A DNA stretch of 63,965 nucleotides, the filler included, from Octopus bimaculoides (Eukaryota), in assembly GCF_001194135.2 (NCBI RefSeq). It is 5 parts of 5 records of this genome, joined end to end, with 100 filler letters (N's around TTAATTAATTAA, not from the genome) between each part and the next. Parts side by side here need not be neighbours in the genome. Positions count along the whole stretch, not along the records: positions 1 to 28,828 come from NC_068989.1; 4 more parts are not named here. One strand, 5' to 3'. This document shows, in pieces, positions 1-13,420 of this stretch. How positions within the stretch are numbered: position 1 is the stretch's first letter; every line of letters starts with the position of its first letter. Both the position numbers and the translations under genes were made by a program. The notes beneath the pieces are model-generated. The model did not search any database and was not told the origin of the DNA. It saw only the letters and a program-made list of their open reading frames with translations.

Positions 1-1137
1 TATATATATATATATTAAATATATACTTTTATAAAACAAATTTTACAAAATATATAGTATCTGTTAACAGTCTTAGCCAAAAACTCACAGTTGAGTTTTT
101 GTATATATATATGTATATGTATATATATAAATATATATATACATATACACACACATAAGATATGTAACTTAAAATATAGACCTTATAAAACACATTCTGG
201 ATGCAACACTTTACTCCATTTTTGTGTATACTATTTTTGCAGGGTAGAGTTTTCCTTCATATCTTTAACAAATTCCTACTTCACTTATTTGAATATTATA
301 TTATTCGTTAATTTTATACTTGTTGTAATTGTTGCTATTATTGGCGGTTTATCATTCTATTATAAATCATAATCCTGTAAGTATGTAGATTATTATTTTT
401 AACTATAGACAGGGCTATGCAAATATCCTTATATTTTCTTATAAATTTTTGTATCTAGTTTGTAAGATTCTTTATGTGAATTTGTGTGTTGAAACAAATT
501 TTGTTGTGTCCAAGGAGAATCATTATGCCAATATAATTAACACACACACACTGGTTCAATTGATTAATAATAAAGAAGTGGAATTGAACTAGGGCATGTG
601 TTAATTATATTGGCATAATGACTTTTCTTTACATTATTATAGTTATTATTATCCAATCTAAGTCAACGAATATATGTATGCATGTATGGGGTGAGTGGGT
701 GGCTGTAACTATGTGTGAATGGATGGATGGCAAAATGCATGTACCTGTGCAAATTTGTATATGCATGTTTATGAATGTGTAAATGTTTCTGTGTCTCTCT
801 CTCTGTCTATCTGTCTCTTTCTCTCTACCTATCTATCTGTCTATCTATTTATCTATCTATCTCTAAACATTTAAAAAAATTTAAGGAATTTTATATAAAA
901 TATATCTTTCTAGCTATAATTTGCTGAAGATATCAACAAATGAACAAGATATGTAATGCGTCTGTTTGTATATGCACACGCGTGCATGTGTGTGTGTGTG
1001 TGTGTGTGCGTGTGTGTGTATTTATATATATGATAGGTATCTTTTGGTCTCAGAAGACCATGCATCTGCACCTGGAAAATTTGTGCCAGCTGCTGATGGT
1101 GGTGCAACATCTGTTGTGGCTGTACAAGCCCACATGA

Positions 1138-1845
1138 GTTTAGCATGGCTGATAATTTCCCACTTGAGATTAAAATCTTTATTTTTGTCCTTTAATTCCC
1201 AAATAAATTTACTAAAACTGGTGGAGTTTGATTTATTTTTGTTTCTAAACATGTTTTCATGGTTGGCGATTCTACATTTAATAAAATTTGCTGTGGATCC
1301 AATGTAATAGTAATTTAGTCCATTAGTTTCTATCTTGAATCCATATACAACATCTTTCATTCTACAATAATTATTAAGCTAACATTTATTTTTAAATTTA
1401 TAATCACAATGAGTATTTTTATCTTTCTCAATAAATCTGTAGTCAATACTAATCTTATCTTTAGCATTAATTTTTTGATTCATAATTCTATGTTTAAACT
1501 GGGTGATTTACATGGGTTACTTCCCTTCCCCCAATGTGAGATCTGACGTTCATTAGAATTTGGAAAATTTAGGTTATGTGATTCATTATCATTGCATTTA
1601 TTTCTACCGTTATAGAAACAGTTCAATTTCTTGTTATTCAGTGAAAAATTAATCTGAGAAACATTAAGAGAGACAAAGAAACCAAATCTCACTAAATCCA
1701 TGTTAATTATTTCATGATACTTATTTTCCTCAGAAAAATACTTGGAAACCACTTTATAAAAGGATTTAATAAAATTACTCTTAATTTGTTTAGTGAATGG
1801 AATTATAAACCATGTCGTGTTGAATCTGTTGACCATCACCCATTC
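1138..1845 (-). mobile_element. Degenerate Penelope-like retroelement fragment (post-RT linker plus GIY-YIG endonuclease)
   Basis: Minus-strand frames read TWFIIPFTKQIKSNFIKSFYKVVSKYF...HCDYKFKNKC*LNNYCRMKDVVY...YYIGSTANFIKCRIANHENMFRN...STSFSKFIWELKDKNKDFNLKWEII. This resembles the IWFNPPY / CNC..CPL..C / YIG..R..NH / W.II pattern of invertebrate PLEs. Stops are present. Confidence 0.8.
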
Positions 1846-1954
1846 GTTTATGATGTGATTCTTATATATGTCTAATTCTCACCCTGATGAAATATTTAAC
1901 TCTCTATTTCAAGATGCAAGTTTTTAATTTTTAATTTATTAATTTGTAATTGTG

Positions 1955-2560
1955 GCTGAGGAGGTATGCCCTCCAAAGGACCATCATTGTCTCCTTTTCT
2001 CTTGTTTTGAAAGTTTGGAGTATCCATCCAGCTAGCCATTTACATTTTATTACCAAATTGGTAGTATGCACTTGGAAAAATACATCATTGCTCATGTCAA
2101 TACCCAGGTCATGCACTGATTTTGATTCAGAGATTGCAATTCCTCCTGAGCCAGTGTATCCTGATTGCAGGTCATTCAGCTTTGTGTGCTGGTTAGCACA
2201 GGGCTTGAAATTTTCCTTCATTAAACTACAAGTTGCCGTCCTCAGCCCACCTGTATATTGCATCCCATTGCAGATGCACAACATTACCAGGGTTTTGAAT
2301 TGCCTGACGGACTTTTTTGTCATCTGCATAAGCTTCGTATAGTCTGTATATTTGTTGGGGCTTTTGGTCCATACATAGACAGCTCTATTATGTTGTGATC
2401 TGAGACCAGTGTTGCTGTCACTTTCACATTATGGATGTCCATATTGTTTGTGAAGTAGATTCATTATGTTATTTACCCTGGTTGATTGCAGCACAATTTG
2501 CTCCATGATTGAAGCATTGGTAAGGTGGAGCAGGGACTTTGCCTATGTTTGATGGTGGTG
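1955..2560 (-). mobile_element. CR1/L2-type LINE relic
   Basis: Minus frame VHDLGIDMSND...KWLAGWILQTFKTREKETMMVLW matches the CR1-type RT C-terminal region. An APE-end-like SDHN motif lies at ~2392-2403. Confidence 0.6.
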
Positions 2561-4318
2561 AGTCATTCTTGGGAGCTGTGGCAGCTCATAGATAAAATTA
2601 GTGGGGGTGCTGCCTCAGAAAATTTTTAGCCGCTGTTTTAATATTGTGTAAAAGGAAACAAACATATAAAAAGAACGTTTATACATAAACTTGATCGGTA
2701 CACATTTTAGCCACTGCCAGGTAGTGTGTTTAGTTTGTTCACTGAACACTGCTGCAAATTCCCCCTTGTTTTTCAAAAATACCCCCCTAAATCACAAAAT
2801 AAGGTGGGGGAAATGTGCCCTATTTTTCAGATCCTGGCAGCAACACTGAAACTGGAAGTAGGATAATATTCTAATTCTACACTCGAACACACTCAAGAAT
2901 ATAAACATGTTTTTAAGCACACTACACATAGAGTCAAAAAGAAACACTACCTTTCACCTGGCACTGTCATTCACACAGTACTCTCTCTCCCTTGTGTGAA
3001 GCTTCCTATCTCAGATGTGTGAGCATGTGCACAATAGCCAAATACCATGTCGCTGGGACTGTGAAGGGCACAGTTCTATACAAGGATTTTTGTATTTTTT
3101 TTCGTAAACCAGGGGATGGCTACTGACATTAAGCTTAAGGACTGTACAATGTACAAGTAAGTATAAAGAAAGAATTAAAGAAAAAAGGATAACATTATAT
3201 TGAATGTCATCGGTAATATCAAGTGGAAATAGGGGGTGCTGCAGTTCCTATACAAGAGCCACCACTGCCTGGGAACATTTAGCCCTCAGGCTAACCCACA
3301 TTGGGAAAGTTAAAGTCACCCAAATGGAATACACTGATATGTTCTTCCAGTTTGGTGAGAACTTCTATGTATCAATTCTTTATAGTAGTTATAAAATAAA
3401 TTTTATTTCTTATGTGTCCTTTAAATAATATTAGATATATAAGTTTAATTTTAATTTTTTTAAATAATTTTTAGTCCAATATATATAAAAAATTTTTAAT
3501 TTCACATCTTACCTTTGGTTCTTTATATTGGTGTAAATAAGTCTAAATGTACTTTACCAAAGCTTTTTAAATTAACACTACTTCATGGTTTTTGCATACT
3601 GAATGTATTGATTAGTTACATTACTATACACTGTTTCTTTTTATTTCTTATTTCATTATTAATTTATTAATTTATAATTAGCTTTTATTTATTCACATAT
3701 TAATTAAGCAAATATTGGTATCTCAAAGTTTTCATACTTAGTATATGTAAAACAATACTGATACATTATTCTGATTAATGAAAACTATAAATAACCACAT
3801 ACTGTATCTGTACATATATAGCAACTTTATTTTATATACTTTTGACCTAGGTGCCTTATGTTAAATCTCCCCTGCTACATTATAAACTGGTCTGCTAGTA
3901 GTGAAAACCCCCCAACCTATAATAGTGTGTCATTAAAACCAAGAGATTCTTTATAACCATATCCATGTATATTGTTTACCCCTTCCCTTTCCTTATAAGG
4001 AAAATGCTGGTGCCCTCTTAAGCTTTGAATCACTAGGTCTAATAAGATGAAACAAAAAAACAAATAAAATCAGCTAAAATCTGCTTTGAATTAATTACTA
4101 GCCTGTATGGTCTGGCTAAGTCAAAATGTGTTTTTTTGTATTCTTCCTTTCCACTTAGAGTGTTTAAATGTAGTTACTATAATATATATATGTATGTATG
4201 TATGTATATATATGTGTATGTGCATTTTTTGTATATGTATATATATTTTTGTGTATATATGTATATTGTGTATTTGTATATATATTTTTTATGTGTATAT
4301 GTATATATNNNNNNNNNN

Positions 4319-4371
<53 letters not shown>

Positions 4372-4372
4372 C

Positions 4373-4660
4373 CAGTGGCGGACTGACCAGGTTGCCAGCT
4401 TGCCTGATGGCAAGTGGGCCCCTGCACTATTAGAATCCATATATAGGAGCCCATGTTAGTATCTAAGGGGCCCATCCCCTCAAGTTTGAGAATTTTTTAT
4501 TCACTCTTGGAACAATGCATTAATCATTTCAGGCTGGTTGTGTTTGTAGACAGTTGAAAAGAATACTTTTAACAAAAAAAATTAAATGATAGCATTGTAG
4601 TTGCGGGTGGGCCCCCTTAGTTTCCTGGCAACCAATATTTTCACACTCATTCCGCCACTG
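4373..4660. mobile_element. hAT-type MITE
   Basis: Perfect 10-bp TIRs CAGTGGCGGA / TCCGCCACTG. The 8-bp flanks tgtgtatc / tgtatatc match at 7 of 8 positions, consistent with a TSD. Confidence 0.8.
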
Positions 4661-6669
4661 TGTATATCTGTGTATATATATTTATTTGTTTATTCATGTA
4701 TGTGAAGGTGTATGTGTATATATGACGGTGCATATATCTAAATATATATATATCAGGTATATATGGGGGTATATATGTAAAAAGTTTCTTATTCTTTACT
4801 TTACTAGAAGTAATAGCTTGTCCTATACTTTTACAGATGTAATAACTTGTCCTGTACTTTTCCAGGTTTATAATCTTAAGAATATAACTTTTCATGCTCG
4901 CATTTTTCTATGTAATCCATGATGTTTCCAGCATTGCTGTTATAAGATAATTAATAATGTATCAGTTAATAATTTAAGATTTTACTTTATAAAATACTGA
5001 GAGATAATATTTCAATTTTTCCATGTAAGTGATGATAATATTTCAATTTTTACCGTGTTTAATTTAAATATATGTTATGATTGAATTATTTGATATTACC
5101 CATCCACACCAAATTAATGGCAGGGATTCTGACCATCCTGTTGGTTCACCATGGCTCACCAAAAGTTACAAACAACAAGACCCCAAAATCATCAGTTACC
5201 AGGCCCACCTTAAGTAACCTAGTTTTGCAATATTAGGAGGTCACAGGAATTCATTCAACAATAAAATTAATTTTCCAATGATTCCCGGGATTGGGGGGTG
5301 GGGAACCCCCACCTCATTTTTGCTGAACCAAAAGAAGGGATTTGCAGCATATTAGGTCAGGGTACTTGATTTCATGGAACAAATCAAATTTTTTTTTTCT
5401 TAGTGAAAATCGTGCATGTGTTAATATAGAAATTGACCATAATGTTGTTGTTATTTAGCCTCAAATAAACCCTGATACTGCAAACGCATCATCAAAGACA
5501 TTCCAGCCTTCAGCAAACCGTCTTTTTAGGGATAATCTAGGACATTGCATACAATGGGCATGTTATTTAGGTAGAAGGATACTTTGGCTGCTATTTTTAG
5601 TGTGTCGAGCAACCAGGTAGAGGCTCTTTCATTGGTTTGATTGTGTAATGAGATTTTTTTTACACATATATGTAATATGCATATATATCATCAGCAGAAA
5701 TTAGAGAATAAGTCAAAAGCTGAGAGTTTCATGTATTGGCACCTATCAAACATGAATTTGTCCATTGTCGCTCTGTAACTTCTGACGAAGTAACTTCTAA
5801 GATACAAAATTTTGTCAAAAACGTTAAGAGTAAACCCTGTTCTATGTGACACATTCTACCAGTATCAGAAGTTTGAAAGTGTTTAGTTAAAAAACATTAA
5901 CGAAATAATCTGTACGTCTAATTGAATAGATCCGAAATGGATGAAAGGCAAACTTGACCTTGGCAGAATTTGAACTCAGAATGTAAAGACAGATGAAAAA
6001 CCGCTTCTAAAATACAAAATTTTGTCAAAAATGTTAAGAATAAACCCTGTTCTATGTGACATATTCTACCAGTATTGGAAGTTTGAAAGTGTTTAGTTAA
6101 AAAAAAATTAATTAAATAATCTGTACATCAAAGTCGACCTCAGCAAAATTTGAACTCAAAAACATAAAGACAGACAAAATACCATTATGCATTTCATCCA
6201 GCATGCTAACATTTCTGCCAGCTCGCTGCCTTATAATGGAAACATTCATTTTAGAAATATATTCTTTATTCTTGTTGCTGAAGCTTACTCCCTTACTTCC
6301 TTACTGACATGAAATTTCATAACATTTTACCTCATAATTCTTTTTCTACTAATTTTTGTGCAATTCCTCGGGCATTTTTCTATCATTTAAGCCTAAGAAA
6401 GGCATACTTTTAATTTAAAATTAAAAAATTTATGTTAATTGAAGGTGAATAGGTGCCTTGAGGTTGCAGATATTTTGATGTAACTTTTTTTCTACTGAAC
6501 CAAATCTCAAACTATTTGTGCCAAAGTATAGCTGAGGAGGTGTCCTCTTTAAAACTGTTAACAGTTTGCAATTTAGTTGAGAACTGAATTAGTGGTGAAG
6601 CTTGGAAGCTGCTGCGATTGATGAAATGGTGGACTTAAGAATATATTCAACCACTACCATGGTTGAATG

Positions 6670-7400
6670 ATCATCATCATTGTTTAACATCTGCTTCCCA
6701 TGCTAGCATGGGTTGGACAATTTGACTGAGGACTGGTGAACCAGGTGGTTACACCAGGCTCCAATCTGATTTGGCAGAGTTTCTACAGCTGGATGCCATT
6801 CCTAAAGCCAACCACTCTGAGAGCGTAGTGGGTGCTTTTACGTGCCACTGGAACGAAGGCTGGTCAAGAGGTACTGGCAACGGTCACACTCAAAATGGTG
6901 TATTTTACATGCTACCTGCACAGGAGCCAGTCCAGGGGCAATGGCAACAACCTCGCTTGAATGTCTTTACATGTGCCACCGGTTCAAGTGCCAGGAAGGT
7001 GACGCTGGGCACAGGTACCATCACGATTTCGCTTTCGCTTGCCCCAACAGGTCTTCGCAAGCTGAGTTTAGTGTCCAATGAAGGAGACGACGTTGGCATG
7101 GGTGCCAGTCGTCAAATTTAGTTTGATTCCGATTTCACTTGCCTCAACAGGTCTTCGCAAGGGGAGTTTAGTGTCCAATGAAGGAAGGTACGCATAAATG
7201 GGCTGGCTACACCCCTGGCAGAGGCCTTGGATTTAGGTCTCACTTGGCTTGCCGGGTCTTCTCATGCACAGCATATTTTCAAAGGTCTCGGTCAGAAGTC
7301 ATTGCCTCGGTGAGGCCCAGTGTTTGAAGGTCATGCCTCACCACCTCATCCCAGGTCTTCCTGGGTCTACCTCTTCCACAGGTTCCCTCAACTGCTAGGG
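6670..7400 (-). mobile_element. RTE-clade LINE 3' end with long 3' UTR and (GAT)n tail
   Basis: The reverse complement contains tgtggaagaggtagacccaggaagac, shared with the + strand RTE copy at ~10024, and ends in (gat)n. Confidence 0.75.
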
Positions 7401-7783
7401 TGTACACACACACATACTAAATGCACCCACATACTAAATGCACCCACATAGCTGCTCATAATGTGATATACATGAAGCTACAGAGTATTTATCTTTTTAA
7501 TTTGGAGTTTGGCTCGATATTTGTATTTGTGACATTTCGTTTATATTATTATTACTTTGGTTTTGATGTATGTGTAGAATTTATTTTTCTATGTCCGACA
7601 AGAGTTGAATTCATTTTTCGTTTTGTTTATATGTATCGATATGTATTTGTATGTGAGTGAATGAATAATGTGATATATATGAAGATATAGCATATTTGTC
7701 TTGTTTAATTTTTTTGTTTTGTCTTGTTGTTCGTATTTGGGACATTTCGTTTGTATTGTATTACTTTGTTTTTGTTGTATGTA

Positions 7784-7988
7784 TACTCTTTTACTTGTTT
7801 CAGTCATTTGACTGTGGCCATGCAGGAGCACCGCCTTTAGTCGAGCAAACTGACCCCAGGACTTATTCTTTGTAAGCCTGGTACTTATTCTATTGGTCTC
7901 TTTTACCGAACCGCTAAGTTACGGGGACGTAAACACACCAGCATCGGTTGTCAAGCGATGTTGGGGAAACAAACACAGACACACAAAC

Positions 7989-8042
<54 letters not shown>

Positions 8043-8199
8043 GACGGGCTTCTTTCAGTTTCCGTCTACCAAATCCACTCACAAGGCTTTGGTCGGCCCG
8101 AGGCAATAGTAGAAGACACTTGCCCAAGGTGCCACGCAGTGGGAATGATCCCGGAACCATGTGGTTGGTAAGCAAGCTACTTACCACACAGCCACTCCT
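7784..8199 (-). mobile_element. tRNA-derived SINE (abundant octopus-type family), full length
   Basis: Head has A-box-like TGGCTGTGTGG and B-box-like GGxTCAxTCCC. Internal (TA)n, tail (aaagagta). Highly similar to the copy at 44122-44534. Confidence 0.85.
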
Positions 8200-8470
8200 A
8201 TATATATATATAAACGTAGATGTATGCATATGAATATACATACAGACATCTATATACACATTATATATACATCGATATATATATCAATGTATAAATGGAA
8301 AAATAGTTATCTCCCCTGTATTTCCTTTAAACTATAACTTAAATAAATTGTAAGTTGGATTTATATTACTAATTCTTTTATTTATGTTTTAATTAATATA
8401 TAAAATATTGTTTTACCATAAATACATATACATGTGTGCATGGAATTGAATATGAAGGCATATTGTAAAA

Positions 8471-8504
<34 letters not shown>

Positions 8505-9360
8505 NNNNNNNNNNNNNNNNNNNNNNNNNNNNNNNNNNNNNNNNNNNNNNNNNNNNNNNNNNNNNNNNNNNNNNNNNNNNNNNNNNNNNNNNNNNNNNNN
8601 NNNNNNNNNNNNNNNNNNNNNNNNNNNNNNNNNNNNNNNNNNNNNNNNNNNNNNNNNNNNNNNNNNNNNNNNNNNNNNNNNNNNNNNNNNNNNNNNNNNN
8701 NNNNNNNNNNNNNNNNNNNNNNNNNNNNNNNNNNNNNNNNNNNNNNNNNNNNNNNNNNNNNNNNNNNNNNNNNNNNNNNNNNNNNNNNNNNNNNNNNNNN
8801 NNNNNNNNNNNNNNNNNNNNNNNNNNNNNNNNNNNNNNNNNNNNNNNNNNNNNNNNNNNNNNNNNNNNNNNNNNNNNNNNNNNNNNNNNNNNNNNNNNNN
8901 NNNNNNNNNNNNNNNNNNNNNNNNNNNNNNNNNNNNNNNNNNNNNNNNNNNNNNNNNNNNNNNNNNNNNNNNNNNNNNNNNNNNNNNNNNNNNNNNNNNN
9001 NNNNNNNNNNNNNNNNNNNNNNNNNNNNNNNNNNNNNNNNNNNNNNNNNNNNNNNNNNNNNNNNNNNNNNNNNNNNNNNNNNNNNNNNNNNNNNNNNNNN
9101 NNNNNNNNNNNNNNNNNNNNNNNNNNNNNNNNNNNNNNNNNNNNNNNNNNNNNNNNNNNNNNNNNNNNNNNNNNNNNNNNNNNNNNNNNNNNNNNNNNNN
9201 NNNNNNNNNNNNNNNNNNNNNNNNNNNNNNNNNNNNNNNNNNNNNNNNNNNNNNNNNNNNNNNNNNNNNNNNNNNNNNNNNNNNNNNNNNNNNNNNNNNN
9301 NNNNNNNNNNNNNNNNNNNNNNNNNNNNNNNNNNNNNNNNNNNNNNNNNNNNNNNNNNNN

Positions 9361-9436
<76 letters not shown>

Positions 9437-9439
9437 ATA

Positions 9440-10385
9440 TGTTGTACCCATTGCAAGCTTTGAACACAAAAGAGGTGTAGCAGAGAAAATTGTCTTTGTG
9501 TGTGGAAAATGTGTGGATACAATAAGCACTAAAAATGCACCAACAATAGACTCCCTCGAATGATCAGGGGAACCATTAGAAGTAATAGGCACCTTCTATT
9601 ACCTAAGAGACCAAGTTAGCAGTGGTGGAGGAAGTTCTGAAAGTGTAGTTGCAAGAATAAGAGCAAGCTGGGCAAAATTCAGAGAGCTTCTATCTTTGTT
9701 GATAAGTAAGGGCCTCTCCCTCACAGTGAAAGGCAGAATGTATGACGCCTGTATACATACAGCTATGTTACATGGCAGTAAAATATGGACTTTGACTACA
9801 GAGGACATGCAAAGGTTTGAAAGAAATGAAGCTAGTGTACTTCACTGGATGGGTAATGTCAGTGTGTATGCGCGACAGACTGTAAATGATTTAAGAGGAA
9901 AAGTAGGTATAAGAGGCATCATATGTTGTGTGCAAGAGAGAAGACTGTTGGTTTAGTCATGTGATGCATATGGATGAGGACAGCTGTGTAAAGAAGTGTC
10001 AAGCTCTAATCATGAAGGCTACGTGTGGAAGAGGTAGACCCAGGAAGATGTGGGAAGTGGTGAGAAAGGATCTTCGGATGCTGGGCCTCACTGAGTTAAT
10101 GACAAGGGACTGGGAGATGTGGTGATTTGCTGTACTTGATTAAACATGTCAAGCTAAGTGAAATCGCTGTCTTCCATACAAGTTTGTCCTTTCAGGTGCC
10201 AGTGCCTCATAAAATGCACCCATGCCAGTGCTGCATAGATGCACCTGTGCTGATAGCACGTAAAATGCATCCAGCTACTATATTAAGTATTTGGTGCTAG
10301 GAAGGTCATCCATCTAGAGAGCTCCCAGCTGGCCAGTTCCATTTCAAACTATCCATGCTAGCATAGAAAACAGATGTTAAACAAT
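9440..10385 (+). mobile_element. 5'-truncated RTE-clade LINE, frameshifted
   Basis: Frames read ARIRASWAKFRELL...KGRMYDACIHTAMLHGSKIW...VQERRL / WFSHVMHMDEDSCVKKC...GRGRPRKMWEVVRKDL, a typical RTE C-terminus. Confidence 0.88.
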
Positions 10386-10721
10386 GGTCATATATACACA
10401 CATACACGCACGCACACATGTGTCTATATGTGTGTGTCTAAATATTTAAGTATTTGCTTATATATGTATGCCTGTACATTTATTTAAATATTTATATATG
10501 TATATCTTAAAATGCAAACAACACACTGAATAATATAGTCTAAGAAAATCTAAGAAAGTCTTTTTATTCCTGGACAGCCCTCATCATAAGTCATCTCATT
10601 TAATACCAATCTGCTGACAAATAACAACAATACAGATCTATATTTAAGAGATGAAGAATTATGTACATTATTTACATTATTTACATTAGACAGATATTTG
10701 TCCTCATCGTGTCTGTTGTTC

Positions 10722-10765
10722 ACACAACGTTTTGGCTGATATACCCTCCAGCCGTCAACAGGTGT
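10722..10765 (-). ncRNA. Degenerate minimal type I hammerhead ribozyme motif
   Basis: Minus strand: acac CUGUUGA c GGCUG gagggtatat CAGCC AAAA cg UU gtgt. Stems I and II are intact; core A6 and G12 are mutated. Confidence 0.65.
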
Positions 10766-10971
10766 CTTGAAGTAATTTTAAACCTGGGTTCTCATTCCTA
10801 ATGGTATTTTTCAATGTTATTATTATTATTATTCAGGTCACTGCCTGGAATTGAACTCAGAATCTTGGGGTTACTAGCCCGTGCTCTTAACCACTATGCC
10901 ATATGCCTGTGGGTAAATAACAACATTGATATACATTATTTGTCAACAATTTTTTACAATTCTTTTTCCAG

Positions 10972-11106
10972 GGAAAAGACTGTGGTGATCTGTCAGAACG
11001 TAAAGCACTGAGACAAAATTTAAAATGCAAAAGTTTTAAATGGTATTTAGAGAATGTATATCCTACAAAATTCATTCCTGATGAAAATGTTTATGCTTGG
11101 GGTATG
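10972..11106 (+). CDS. GALNT: GALNT exon: C-terminal end of catalytic domain and linker
   Basis: Acceptor tctttttccag, donor gtaagt, 135 nt phase 0. Translates [45 protein letters not shown], containing the GALNT motif [27 protein letters not shown]. Confidence 0.95.
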
Positions 11107-12437
11107 GTAAGTTCAAATTTATATTTTATTGATTTATTTCAGCATTCTGATATTTCCTCCAAAATTCTCTCTGTACCTTTCATTTTTTACTTTCTTCCAA
11201 TCATATTGCTCTCCCACCTCTGTCTGCATTAAGTTTGCTTCAAGCTTTCTATGCCAAAGGTAACCTTTGACAAAGGTTTCTGTGTTTGCTGTAGGCACAG
11301 ATGTGGCTGTGTAGTAAGAAGATTGCTTCCCAATAGCATAGTTCCAGACTGACCGAAGCCTTGTGAATGGATTTGGTAGGTGGAAACTAAAAGAAGCCCA
11401 TTACATATATATGCATATGTATATATGTGTGTTTTACTATCTCTTTGCCTTCATATCACATGATACTTGTAAACAAGTGTCACTATCATGCAAGTGGTAT
11501 CCTTTATTTCCAATCTTTTATGAAAGCATATCTAGTCATGGAGAAATATTACCTTACATGGAAACAGGTAAAGGTTAACTACATGAAGGGCATCTAGCTA
11601 TAGAAACAATCTGCCTCAACAAAATTCAGTCCAACCCATGCAAACATGGAAAAAGTGGGTATTAAAATGATGATAAATGTGCACACATACACAATGACAC
11701 ACATATGCAGCTAAAGCTAAAACAACAATGAGAAAAAATAACTCCAGACAAATTGACAATGAACATAGAACTACTTATATTAAGAGCAACCAGTATAAAA
11801 CTGCTAAGGAAATGCATACTCTTTGAGAATAAAGCAGTACTTTTTATATATATGTGTGAAGTATAGAAAGAAAATCTGAAAATGAGGAAACTATTTTACT
11901 GCTAAGATGGGAGAAAAGTGACAATCAATTTCATATATGTGATGAAAAATGATTTTGAAAAGAATATTGTTTGGAAAAATCCATTCAAGTAAACTAAAAT
12001 AAGGTTATATGCAGAAGTTGAAAAACAACTACAAAATATATCTCAAAACAAAATCATTGCCTAGTGTTCAAAAGAAATGCAGTGATTAATCTAGGTATGA
12101 ATTCAATCTAGGTAAAGATTAACAAGCAATATAAGGAATAAAAATTGTTATCAAAAAGAGAACGATCTAAAAACAAGGACTAATCAGTTTTTAGAATTGA
12201 TGTTGCTTTCACAGCAATACCACCATGTGACCTGAGCTGATCAATACATCTAATGTCTCGAGACTGTCTTTGTTTCCAATCCCATTACTCTTCTCTAGAT
12301 ATCTAATGAGGTAGGCTCAATGAACCTACAAAACTTTAAATCATACAAAGCTGAGTCAAACTTTTATTAAATAATATATGTGTGTATGTATTTATATATT
12401 TGAAAACACTACATTTTTAGACATGGGTACTACTATA

Positions 12438-13126
12438 AGAGGTGCATTCAAAAAGTATCTAATTTTATTTTTGCCTGTCAAAACTAATGATGTGTGGTCA
12501 TGGTTTACACACTCTAGCATGTCCTGAGCTTCTGCTGCTCTGCCAGTACTTGGGAACAAATTTTGCCGACATTCTCTGGATGCACAAATCCTCCATTAAT
12601 ATAGAATGCACTGATCCTATGCTTATTCCCACTTCATGAACAATTTCTTGGTGTGTTACATGATGGTCTTCAATGACTATTCACCAAACCATCTCAACCG
12701 GCTTTTCATTTTGGTTTGTGGATGGCCTTCTTGAATGTGCCTCACTCTCCACTGAGAGCCATGTTTGCCATGTTTGAAGCAGTTGTACCACTTCTTGATA
12801 CAAATTTTGTCCTGGTGTCATACTCATGGTATCATCACTTGTTGAATCTTCTGGATGGTTTGAGCTTGAGTATCACAAAGCTTTTGACAAAACTTGATGC
12901 AATATCTCTGCTCAATGCATTTGATAAAAATGAGAATCTGAATGACCATCCACTACATAGTTGTACTCTAAATGTAACAGCTGGGAACTGATGTAGCCTA
13001 TTGACATGAAAATTTTGATGCATGTGCAGGAAGGGTGACATTACTTCCTGCCCAAAGGATTTTGCCCATGTGGCATTAATTTTGGTGGAGAAAAAATAAA
13101 ATCAGATACTTTTTGAATGCACCTCA
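12438..13126 (-). mobile_element. Internally deleted mariner element
   Basis: TIRs gaggtgcattcaaaaagtatc / gatactttttgaatgcacctc, left flank TA. Minus strand encodes IEQRYCIKFCQKL..TQAQTIQKIQQV...KKWYNCFKHG (mariner N-terminal HTH region). Confidence 0.85.
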
Positions 13127-13275
13127 TTCCTTGTTAATCAAATTATTTTTCAGCCTGTCGTATAGATTATATTTCTCTTCTAAAATGCATTATTATTGTT
13201 GCCTTAGTTATCTTTTATTCTATCAATCTTAAAGAATTTTGGAAAAACTGACCCACTTTTTTATTATTATTTTAG

Positions 13276-13383
13276 GTTCGTAACCCAGCTTCTAACTTAT
13301 GCCTTGACACACTTGGTCAAAATGAAAATGTTGATATCAATGTAGCTGTTTTCTCATGTCAGAATGGTATCAGTACAAGTCAG
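13276..13383 (+). CDS. GALNT: GALNT exon: ricin lectin alpha repeat
   Basis: Acceptor attttag, donor gtgaag, 108 nt phase 0. Translates VRNPASNLCLDTLGQNENVDINVAVFSCQNGISTSQ, in frame with the previous exon (WGM|VRN). Confidence 0.95.
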
Positions 13384-13389
13384 GTGAAG

Positions 13390-13420
<31 letters not shown>

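Noticed and set aside
91-372. ORF with a hydrophobic, TM-like C-terminus
   Set aside because: Starts in a TA microsatellite. AT-rich codons give hydrophobic residues by chance, and there is no family motif.
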